Positions 54,436-62,596 of a DNA stretch of 64,000 nucleotides are shown here, one piece after another. The position numbers were made by a program, and so were the translations under genes. Under the pieces are notes generated by a model, which was not told the origin of the DNA, ran no database searches, and saw nothing but the letters and a program-made list of their open reading frames with translations. The number at the start of each line of letters is the position of its first letter. Within the stretch, counting starts at the first letter, position 1. The stretch spans positions 432,527 to 496,526 of the forward strand of contig BPJG01000001.1 in NCBI GenBank assembly GCA_026004495.1. Direction: 5' to 3'. Origin of the DNA: Candidatus Parcubacteria bacterium. Lineage in GTDB: Bacteria > Patescibacteriota > Minisyncoccia > UBA6257 > HR35.

Positions 54436-55320
54436 ATGCTTTATATTTTAGTAGGAAAAGATTCATTTTTTATTAAAGAAAAAATAAAGGAAATTAGTAA
54501 AAATAATTATCATCTAATTTCTTTAAAAAAAGATAAAGATTATTTAATTCAGATCGATAATCTTATTAATAAGAGGTTATTTGATCATAATCCTCATATT
54601 GTTCTTATAGATGTTGATAAAATTGAAATGAACGATTATTTAATTTCTAAATTTAAGATTGGAAATTTTATTTTAGTTTTTAGTGCCAAATCTCAAATTT
54701 TTATCAAAAAAATTAAATCATTGTCTATTCCTTATCAAATTATTGAAATTGAAAAAACAAATTTTAAAAACGAAAGAGCTTTTTATTATCACCTTAAAAA
54801 TTATTTAAAAAATAAAAATATCGAACTATCTGATAGAATTATTTTTTCTTTAGTAAAAATTTTTTTAAATAATCACGCTTTACTTTTTAATGAATTAAAA
54901 AAAATTGAATTTACTAAACTTAATCAGGAAGAATTTTTAGATATAATTAGATGGCCCAATGAATCTACTATTTTTTTCTTAACCAATGATTTAATAGAAA
55001 AAAATTATAGCGATTTTATTTTAAGATTAAAAAGAGAACTACACTTAGGTTCATCTTTTAACAATATTTTAAGTTTAATTTATAAAACACTTATTAGGAT
55101 TTACTTGCTTAAAAATGTTAAAAATCTTAAACAAGAAAACCTTTTAGGGCTTAAACCTTATTATAAAGAAATTTTAAAAAAACAAGCTAATAAAATTTCT
55201 GAGGGTGAAATTTTAAAATTAATCAAATTTATAAGTGAAATTGATAGAAAGTACAAAAAATTTTTAATCGATGAAAACCAAGCTGTCTATTTATTAGCTG
55301 AATTTTTAAAATTAAAATAA
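54436..55320 (+). CDS. holA: DNA polymerase III delta subunit-like protein
   Basis: N-terminal 'MLYILVGKDSFFIKEKIKEI' fits the HolA start pattern. 294 aa helical protein. The call is tentative. Confidence 0.4.
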   Translation: MLYILVGKDSFFIKEKIKEISKNNYHLISLKKDKDYLIQIDNLINKRLFDHNPHIVLIDVDKIEMNDYLISKFKIGNFILVFSAKSQIFIKKIKSLSIPYQIIEIEKTNFKNERAFYYHLKNYLKNKNIELSDRIIFSLVKIFLNNHALLFNELKKIEFTKLNQEEFLDIIRWPNESTIFFLTNDLIEKNYSDFILRLKRELHLGSSFNNILSLIYKTLIRIYLLKNVKNLKQENLLGLKPYYKEILKKQANKISEGEILKLIKFISEIDRKYKKFLIDENQAVYLLAEFLKLK

Positions 55321-55511
55321 ATTTCTAAATTTTTATCTAAATCTTTTAACAGAGAATTAATCTCTTCTTCATTATTATTAGCAGAAATAGGTTGATTAAA
55401 AATATTTTTAATTTGATTAAAATTTTTTATAAAAAGAAAAGTAAAGAAAGAAATAATAAATATAATTGTAGCTATATTAAATATAATAAAAAATAAATTG
55501 CTCTTTTTCAT
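55287..55511 (-). CDS. Hypothetical small membrane protein
   Basis: Single TM segment 'LFFIIFNIATIIFIISFFTFLFI'. Confidence 0.3.
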   Translation of the reverse strand: MKKSNLFFIIFNIATIIFIISFFTFLFIKNFNQIKNIFNQPISANNNEEEINSLLKDLDKNLEIYFNFKNSANK

Positions 55512-55975
55512 TTTATTTTAATTTCTAAATTTAAATTATTATTTTCAATTCTGCCTCGAAAATAATCAATACCTACTTCATTTTCTTGAAGAAACTTAAT
55601 AAACTTTAAAAAATTTTGAACTTTATCATTAAAAATTAAAATAGAGTTTTCGGAAATTTCTGAGATATTTATTTTAGTTGTTGAAACAAATTCTAAAATA
55701 GATTTATTGTCTAATTTTTTTTGAGACAATTCTTCGTTTAGTTTATTCAAATTAGTATTATATTTTTTTTCAACTTGATTGACAAAATTTTGAATTTTAA
55801 CAAAGTTTTGATAATTATTTAACCTTATTTCTTTTTCAATATTAAGATTGTTAATCTCTTGGGCTAAATTTAATATTTTTTTAGTTAGATAATTAGCTGA
55901 ATAAAATATTATTATATATATTAGTATAAATAAAAATAGATTTAGTATTAATTTTTTTATATTATTTTGTGTCAT
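55508..55975 (-). CDS. Hypothetical membrane-anchored coiled-coil protein
   Basis: N-terminal TM segment 'LILNLFLFILIYIIIFY' followed by a coiled coil. ATGA overlap with the downstream small ORF. Confidence 0.3.
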   Translation of the reverse strand: MTQNNIKKLILNLFLFILIYIIIFYSANYLTKKILNLAQEINNLNIEKEIRLNNYQNFVKIQNFVNQVEKKYNTNLNKLNEELSQKKLDNKSILEFVSTTKINISEISENSILIFNDKVQNFLKFIKFLQENEVGIDYFRGRIENNNLNLEIKIK

Positions 55976-55986
55976 TTAAATATAAA

Positions 55987-57894
55987 TTATAAATTATTTT
56001 TTTCTTCTTCTAAAAATAAAAGTAATTCCTCCTTAGTTATTTCTTTTTCCTTACTATTGAATTCTTCTAGCGGTGTTTTTATTAATTCTTTTATAATAGG
56101 TCGGGGTTGTAAATTATATTTTTTATTAAATTCTATTTGATATTTTCGTCTTCTTTCTGTTTCTTCAATTGCTTCTTTCATAGATTTAGTTATTTTATTA
56201 GCATACAATATAACCCTACCATTAATATTGCGAGAAGCTCTGCCAATCGCTTGAATTAGTGTTGTTGAATTTCTCAAAAAACCCTCTTTATCGGCATCTA
56301 AAATGCAAACCAATGAAACTTCTGGCAAATCAAGTCCTTCTCTTAATAAATTAACGCCTATAAGAATATCTATTTTCCCCTCTCGTAAATTTCTAATAAT
56401 TTCTGGTCTTTTTAAGGTTTTAATATCAGAATGAATGTAATGAACTTTTAAATCGTAATTACTTAAAAATTCTGTTAAGTTTTCAGCGGACTTTTTAGTT
56501 GCAGTTAAAATTATAATTCTCCCTTTGTTGTTAATATTTTTTTCAATTTCTCTTAACATATCCACTATTTGATTATCACTGGATCTAATTTCAATAATCG
56601 GATCTGGGATAAACGTTGGTCTAATCAATTGTTCTACTATTTGAGATGAATTTTTCTTTTCAAAATGACTAGGCGTAGCTGAAACAAAAATAATTTGAAA
56701 ATTTTTAGAAAAAAATTCTTCAAAAGTTAATGGTCGATGATCTATAGCTGAAGGTAAGCGCCAGCCATATTCAACTAAAACCTCTTTTCTTTTACGATCT
56801 CCTCGAGCCATAGCTTTAATTTGGGGAATAGTTAAATGAGATTCATCAATAAAAATTATTGTTTCTTGAGGAAGATAGTCTAAAATAGTATAAGGTGGTT
56901 CACCGGGTTGTTTAAAGTTCAAATGTCTTTCATAATTTTCTATTCCCTGACAATAGCCTTTAGTAGTCAACATTTCAATATCACTTAATATTCTTCTTTT
57001 TAATCTTTCAGCTTCAATTATTCTATTTTCTTTAAGTAATTGCCAATATCTTTCATCAAGTTCTTGTCTAATATTATTAATAGCTAAAGTTAATTTTTCA
57101 TTGTCAGTTATAAAGAGTTTAGCTGGATAAATTTTTATTTTATCTAAATCTTCTTCACTATTTCTGTTAATTATCAATTTAAGTCGATAATCAAATTTTT
57201 TTAAAACTTCATACCTTTTTATTTGTTTAACAAAATTTTTTTCTAAGATAATAACAAAAAAATCATTAGCATTTGATGATACAATTTCTATTTGTTTTAA
57301 ATTTCTTTTAATATTAAATATTTTAAAGGCTCCAGCCTTTATTTCATTATTCAATTTGTTGTATTGAAGAACCTTTAAAGAACTAATTAAATTTCTAATA
57401 TTTAAATATTGATTAATTTTTATTTCAATACCTACTTTTTCATAATCTTCAGGATTAGTTATTCCATAAAGACAAGAAACTGAAGAAATAATTATAAAAT
57501 CTTGATGATTTAAAATAGCCTGGATAGCACTATGTCTTAATTGGTCTAAATATTCATTAATTCTAGCATCTTTGGCTATATAGGTATCGCTTTCAGGTAA
57601 ATAAGCTTCAGGTTGATAATAATCATAATAACTAACAAAATAATGAATTTGATTAATTGGGAAAAATGTTTTAAATTCCTGATAAAGTTGAGCAGCTAAC
57701 ATTTTATTGGGACAAACAATGAAAGCAGGTCTTTTTGTTTTTTCTATTACCCAAGCCATTGTTGCTGTTTTGCCACTGCCGGTAACACCCAATAAAGTTT
57801 GATAACTATAGCCTTTATTTAATCCAGAAATTAGCTTTTTAATTGCCTGGGGTTGATCTCCAGTTGGTTTTATATTTTGAAAAAATCTAAACAT
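55987..57894 (-). CDS. uvrB: Excinuclease ABC subunit B
   Basis: 'GDQPQAIKKLISGL ... LLGVTGSGKTATMA' N-terminal helicase motif I; DEAH-like 'IIFIDESH'; beta-hairpin region; C-terminal UVR domain. Confidence 0.93.
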   Translation of the reverse strand: MFRFFQNIKPTGDQPQAIKKLISGLNKGYSYQTLLGVTGSGKTATMAWVIEKTKRPAFIVCPNKMLAAQLYQEFKTFFPINQIHYFVSYYDYYQPEAYLPESDTYIAKDARINEYLDQLRHSAIQAILNHQDFIIISSVSCLYGITNPEDYEKVGIEIKINQYLNIRNLISSLKVLQYNKLNNEIKAGAFKIFNIKRNLKQIEIVSSNANDFFVIILEKNFVKQIKRYEVLKKFDYRLKLIINRNSEEDLDKIKIYPAKLFITDNEKLTLAINNIRQELDERYWQLLKENRIIEAERLKRRILSDIEMLTTKGYCQGIENYERHLNFKQPGEPPYTILDYLPQETIIFIDESHLTIPQIKAMARGDRKRKEVLVEYGWRLPSAIDHRPLTFEEFFSKNFQIIFVSATPSHFEKKNSSQIVEQLIRPTFIPDPIIEIRSSDNQIVDMLREIEKNINNKGRIIILTATKKSAENLTEFLSNYDLKVHYIHSDIKTLKRPEIIRNLREGKIDILIGVNLLREGLDLPEVSLVCILDADKEGFLRNSTTLIQAIGRASRNINGRVILYANKITKSMKEAIEETERRRKYQIEFNKKYNLQPRPIIKELIKTPLEEFNSKEKEITKEELLLFLEEEKNNL

Positions 57895-57994
57895 ACTTTG
57901 CTTAAATTAAGAATAAATTTGACAAAGATAAATTTATATCTTTTTAAATTAATTATAAATTAAAAAAAATAAAATTTTTAAAATGAAATAAAAA

Positions 57995-58023
57995 TTGACA
58001 AAAAATAGTTAGATTATTATAAT
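57995..58023 (+). promoter_or_regulatory. Perfect sigma70-consensus promoter TTGACA-N17-TATAAT upstream of tRNA-Ile
   Basis: TTGACA at 57995-58000, a 17-nt spacer, and TATAAT at 58018-58023. It lies about 100 nt upstream of the tRNA. Confidence 0.45.
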
Positions 58024-58126
58024 TTATATTGAATAAATATTGAGATAATTTATGTTTCAAATTTTTTATTTAAATTTTGAATAGAATTATTTTATATATC
58101 TTAGGGCTTATTTTTTTTAAATTTAT

Positions 58127-58198
58127 GGGTACGTAGCTCAGTGGTAGAGCGCGTCTCTGATAAAGACGAGGTCGTAGGTTCGATCCCTACCGTACCCA
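58127..58198 (+). tRNA. tRNA-Ile (anticodon GAT)
   Basis: Acceptor GGGTACG pairs with CGTACCC. D-arm GCTC/GAGC. Anticodon stem CGTCT/AGACG with loop CTGATAA. T-arm GTAGG-TTCGATC-CCTAC. Discriminator A. CCA is not encoded. Confidence 0.85.
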
Positions 58199-58202
58199 CA
58201 AA

Positions 58203-59438
58203 CTGAAATACATTTTCAAATTTATAAAAGAAAAACTTGGTCCAGGAATTATCACCGGTGCGAGCGATGATGATCCCTCAGGGATTGTAACTTATTTAAT
58301 TTCTGGTGCTAAGGGTGGTTTAGATTTTTTATGGACACCAATATTTACTTTGCCATTGATGTATTATATTCAAGAAACTTGCGCTCGGATTGCTTTAGCA
58401 ACAAAAAAAGGATTAATTTTTCTTATTAAAAATTTATATGGATTCAAAGTTTCTTTTTTTATATCTATATTGATGTTTTTAGCTGCCACCTTTAATTTAG
58501 CAGCAGATATTAATGCTATCTCAATGCTTTTTAATTATCTTTTCCCTTATATACCTTTTCCGATATATTCTTTATTAATATCAATTGTGATGTGCTTAAT
58601 AATAATAATTCTTCCCTATAAAAAATTTAGTAATTTTATTAAATTTTTAGCTATTTTTTTATTTGCTTATATTGGTTTAATTTTTGTTATTCAAGTTGAT
58701 TGGATGGAGGTTTTTAAAAATATTATTTTACCTGAATTTAAGATAAATAGAGAATGGTTATTAATTTTTATTGCTATTTTAGGAACAACCATTTCTCCTT
58801 ATTTATTTTTTTGGCAAGAGGAAGAAGAATTAGAAGAAATTGAGGATAACAAAAATTCAAATAATAATCCTCCAAATTTAAATATTATTAGAATTGATAC
58901 CTTTTTGGGAATGTTTATTTCTAATTTAATTATGTTTTTTATTATTTTATCATCGGGATTAATTTTGCATCCATTGGAAATTTATAATATAGAAAAAATT
59001 GATGATTTAATAAGAGTTTTTGAACCATTAGTAGGTAAATATGCTTTTTTATTATTTTCCTTAGGTATTATTAGCAGTGGTTTAATAATTATTCCCGTTT
59101 TAGCCGGAACTTGTGGTTACATTTTAGCTGAATTATTTGATAAACCTGCCACTTTAAATAAAAAATTTAATGAAGCAATTTATTTTTATTTTTTTATGAT
59201 TTTTTCTATTTTATTATCTAATACTTTTAATTTTTTAGGCCTGTCACCTATTAAATTATTGTTTTATACAGCTGTTATTTATGGAATTTTATCCCCTCTT
59301 TTGATTTTTTTTATTTTAAAAATTAGTAATAATGAAGATTTGATGGGTGAATATAAAAATAAATTTATTAGCAATCTATTCTTGTATTTTAATTTAATTA
59401 TTATGTTAATCGTTTTAGTATTTTATTTAATTCTATAA
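58203..59438 (+). CDS. Nramp-family divalent metal transporter-like membrane protein; start codon uncertain
   Basis: The in-frame sequence 'LGPGIITGASDDDPSGIVTYLISGA' (the Nramp N-terminal signature) precedes the ORF-track start at 58350. There is no ATG, GTG or TTG before it; only CTG 58203 and ATT 58212 are possible. About 10 TM segments follow. Confidence 0.6.
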   Translation: MKYIFKFIKEKLGPGIITGASDDDPSGIVTYLISGAKGGLDFLWTPIFTLPLMYYIQETCARIALATKKGLIFLIKNLYGFKVSFFISILMFLAATFNLAADINAISMLFNYLFPYIPFPIYSLLISIVMCLIIIILPYKKFSNFIKFLAIFLFAYIGLIFVIQVDWMEVFKNIILPEFKINREWLLIFIAILGTTISPYLFFWQEEEELEEIEDNKNSNNNPPNLNIIRIDTFLGMFISNLIMFFIILSSGLILHPLEIYNIEKIDDLIRVFEPLVGKYAFLLFSLGIISSGLIIIPVLAGTCGYILAELFDKPATLNKKFNEAIYFYFFMIFSILLSNTFNFLGLSPIKLLFYTAVIYGILSPLLIFFILKISNNEDLMGEYKNKFISNLFLYFNLIIMLIVLVFYLIL

Positions 59439-59441
59439 AAT

Positions 59442-60041
59442 ATGATAAAGGTAATTTTTTTAATAGGTAAGCCAGCTTGCGGAAAAGATACTCAAGCAGA
59501 TTTATTAGCTGAAAAATTTAATTTAAAGAAAATTACAACTAGTAAAGAATTAGAATATTTTTTAAGTCATTATAAAAAAAAATATTTTAAGATAGGAAAT
59601 ATTAAAATAAATCTTAAGAAGCAATTAATAAATAAGAATAAAGGAAAATTAGTTTCTTATCGATTAATTTCTTTCTTGGTTAATAAATTAATAAAGGAAA
59701 ATATCAAAAATGGAAATTCAATTATTTTTGCTGGTTCTCCACGAAGTCGATATGAGGCTAAAAATGCTATTAAACTTTTAAAAAAACTTAATGTTGATTA
59801 TTATTTCATCTATTTAAAAATAAGAGATAAAACAGCTATTAAAAGAATGTTAATAAGATCAAAAATAGAAAAAAGAGCTGATGATAATTTAAAAACAATT
59901 AGATTACGATTAAAATTATTTAAAAATGAAATTATGCCAATGATTAATTATTTAAAATCAAAAAAAAATTTAAATATAGTCAATGGAGAAGGTTCTATTA
60001 AACAAGTTAATAAGAGATTAATTAATATTATTAAAAAATAA
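59442..60041 (+). CDS. adk: Adenylate kinase-like nucleoside monophosphate kinase
   Basis: 'VIFLIGKPACGKDTQADLLAEKFNLKKITTS' is the P-loop, with spacing similar to Adk. The LID region is divergent. Confidence 0.5.
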   Translation: MIKVIFLIGKPACGKDTQADLLAEKFNLKKITTSKELEYFLSHYKKKYFKIGNIKINLKKQLINKNKGKLVSYRLISFLVNKLIKENIKNGNSIIFAGSPRSRYEAKNAIKLLKKLNVDYYFIYLKIRDKTAIKRMLIRSKIEKRADDNLKTIRLRLKLFKNEIMPMINYLKSKKNLNIVNGEGSIKQVNKRLINIIKK

Positions 60042-60048
60042 TTAAAAA

Positions 60049-60816
60049 ATGGATTTCGAAAAAAAAATAGAAATTATGAAAGAAGGTGGAGATATTTTAA
60101 AAAAAATATTTGTTGAATTGATTAATTATATTAAACCTGGAATTGACACTTTAAGTTTAGATAATAAGGCTGAAAAGCTTTTTAAGTTATTTAAAGTAAA
60201 AAGTGCTTTTAAGAACTATAAACCCGATTTTTCAGACTTACCTTATCCAGCTAATATTTGCGTATCTTTAAATGAAATAATAGTTCATGGTATTCCCAGT
60301 AAAGAAGTAATTATTAAAGAAGGCGATTTAGTAAAATTAGATATAGGGATTGTTTATAAAGATTTATTTTTAGATAGCGCTTTAACGATTACTGTTGGAA
60401 GTGTAGATCGTATTTATAAAAAATTAGTTCAAGCAACAAAAATGGCTTTAATTAAGGCTATTAAGGTTGCTTGTGAAGGTTATAATATAGGTGATATTGG
60501 TTATCAAATTGAAAAAACAATTAGTGAGTATAATTTCAAGGTTATTAAAAATCTTTGTGGTCATGATATTGGAGAATATTTACATGGCAATCTTCAAATA
60601 TTAAATTTTGGCAAACCAAAAACCGGCAAAAAGATAATTAGGGGAGACATATTTACTATTGAACCAATGGCTAGCATTTCTTCCGATTTGGGTGTTAGTA
60701 TAAATGATTTTGAATTTAAAACAAATGATAATTCATGGGCTAGTCATTTTGAGGTAACTTTGGCAGTTTTAGGCAGTGATAATATAGTATTAACTGATAT
60801 TTTAAATTTGGTTTAA
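60049..60816 (+). CDS. map: Methionine aminopeptidase type I
   Basis: 'IVHGIPS', 'GDLVKLDIG' and 'HGIG'-like 'CGHDIGEYLHG' metal-binding blocks of the M24A family. Confidence 0.85.
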   Translation: MDFEKKIEIMKEGGDILKKIFVELINYIKPGIDTLSLDNKAEKLFKLFKVKSAFKNYKPDFSDLPYPANICVSLNEIIVHGIPSKEVIIKEGDLVKLDIGIVYKDLFLDSALTITVGSVDRIYKKLVQATKMALIKAIKVACEGYNIGDIGYQIEKTISEYNFKVIKNLCGHDIGEYLHGNLQILNFGKPKTGKKIIRGDIFTIEPMASISSDLGVSINDFEFKTNDNSWASHFEVTLAVLGSDNIVLTDILNLV

Positions 60817-60838
60817 AAATATATTAAAATTTTAAAAA

Positions 60839-62596
60839 ATGGATAAATTTTTGGTTGAAGTAAGTTGGGAAGTTGCTAACCAGGTTGGAGGAATATATAC
60901 TGTTCTAAAAGAAAAGTCTAAATATATTAATGATTATTTTAAGGGAAATTATTTTGTAATTGGACCTTATATGCCGCATAGAAGTAGTTTAGAATTTTCT
61001 AAGCTTGAAACACCTAAAAATTTTTTAGATATCATTAATGAATGTAAAAAAATAGGATTTGATGTCTATTTCGGAGAATGGTTAATTGATTCTAGGCCTA
61101 AATGCTTTTTAATTGATTTTCAGATATATTTAAATAATATTAACTCTTTAAAATATGAATTATGGGCTAAGTATAGAATAGACAGTTTAAGAACTGGAGA
61201 TGACTATAATTATCCTCTTGCTTGGAGTAAGGCAGTTAATGTTTTTTTAAAATTTTTTAGTGAGAAATTCCCAGCTATTCCTAAAATATTACACTTGCAT
61301 GAATGGTTAGCAGGTTCTGTAATTTTATTTGATAAACTTCCCTTTGTTTCAATTTTTACTACTCATGCTACTTCTTTAGGGAGAACTTTATCAGAAAGTA
61401 GTTTTAATTTTTGGGATTCTTTAGATTCGACAAACTTTAATCAGGAAGCAACAAAATATGGTATCGAAGCTAAGCATATGATTGAAGTGACTGTAGCCAA
61501 GAATGCTGATTTTTTTACCACTGTTAGTAATATTTTAGCTCTTGAAACAGAATTTATATTAGGTAGAAAACCAGATTTTGTTTTACCAAACGGTATTAAT
61601 TTAGATAAATTTCCAACTGTTGAAGAAATAAGTTTTGCCCATAAGAAGAATAGAGATACCATAAAAGACTTCTTTTTATACTTTTTTTCTCCTTATTATC
61701 GTTTAGAAACAAAAAATAGTTTAATATATTTTATTAGTGGCAGACAAGAGATTAGAAATAAAGGAATAGATATATTTATTAGATCTTTAGTAGAGTTAAA
61801 TAAAAAGTTAAAAGAAGATGATCCCAATATTTTTGTTTTAATTTTAGTTCCGACTGAAGTTAAAGATATTGATCCTGTTTTATTAAATAATTTAAATGTT
61901 TATCGTAATTTAGAGGAAAAAATTGAAGATTTATTACCAGAAGTAAAAAGTAGATTAATTCATTATTTTATTCACAAAGAAAGAATTGTTTCTCAAACTT
62001 TATTTGAGAAAGAAGATTTTTTAGAAATTCAAAGGATGGTTAAGAGATTAAAGGTTAATAATTATTATCCTATCTCTACTCATATTTTACCTGAAGATAA
62101 TCCTATTATAAATTTAATTAAAAATATAGGTTTAATTAATTTACCCTTAAATAAAGTTAAAGTAATTTATTATCCTACTTATATTAGAAGAGGTGATGGT
62201 TTAATAAATTTAAATTATGATGAATTAGTAGTAGGGTCTCATGTGGGTATCTTTCCTTCATTGTATGAGCCTTGGGGTTATACCCCCCTAGAGACAATAG
62301 CAAGTGGTGTTATAACTATTACTACTGATCTAACTGGATTTAGTGATTACATTTCTCGTTACGTTCAATTTAATAAAGATTATCCTGGTTTATATATTTT
62401 AAAAAGGAAAGGAAGAAGAGATGTTGATATTGTTGAAGATTTAAGTAATATTATGTTAGGAATAGCTAAGCTAAATAAAAACGCTCGAGTTGAAAATAAA
62501 ATAGAAGCTCGGAAAATTGCTAAATTATGCTCCTGGGAAAAATTAATTTCTAATTATTTTAATTTGTATAATATAGCCCTAAATAAAAAATTATAA
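60839..62596 (+). CDS. Glycogen (starch) synthase, GT3 (eukaryote/archaea-type) family
   Basis: 'LVEVSWEVANQVGGIYTVLKEK' N-terminus is characteristic of GT3 glycogen synthases. C-terminal 'GIFPSLYEPWGYTPLE' is a GT-B E-x7-E-like block. Confidence 0.75.
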   Translation: MDKFLVEVSWEVANQVGGIYTVLKEKSKYINDYFKGNYFVIGPYMPHRSSLEFSKLETPKNFLDIINECKKIGFDVYFGEWLIDSRPKCFLIDFQIYLNNINSLKYELWAKYRIDSLRTGDDYNYPLAWSKAVNVFLKFFSEKFPAIPKILHLHEWLAGSVILFDKLPFVSIFTTHATSLGRTLSESSFNFWDSLDSTNFNQEATKYGIEAKHMIEVTVAKNADFFTTVSNILALETEFILGRKPDFVLPNGINLDKFPTVEEISFAHKKNRDTIKDFFLYFFSPYYRLETKNSLIYFISGRQEIRNKGIDIFIRSLVELNKKLKEDDPNIFVLILVPTEVKDIDPVLLNNLNVYRNLEEKIEDLLPEVKSRLIHYFIHKERIVSQTLFEKEDFLEIQRMVKRLKVNNYYPISTHILPEDNPIINLIKNIGLINLPLNKVKVIYYPTYIRRGDGLINLNYDELVVGSHVGIFPSLYEPWGYTPLETIASGVITITTDLTGFSDYISRYVQFNKDYPGLYILKRKGRRDVDIVEDLSNIMLGIAKLNKNARVENKIEARKIAKLCSWEKLISNYFNLYNIALNKKL

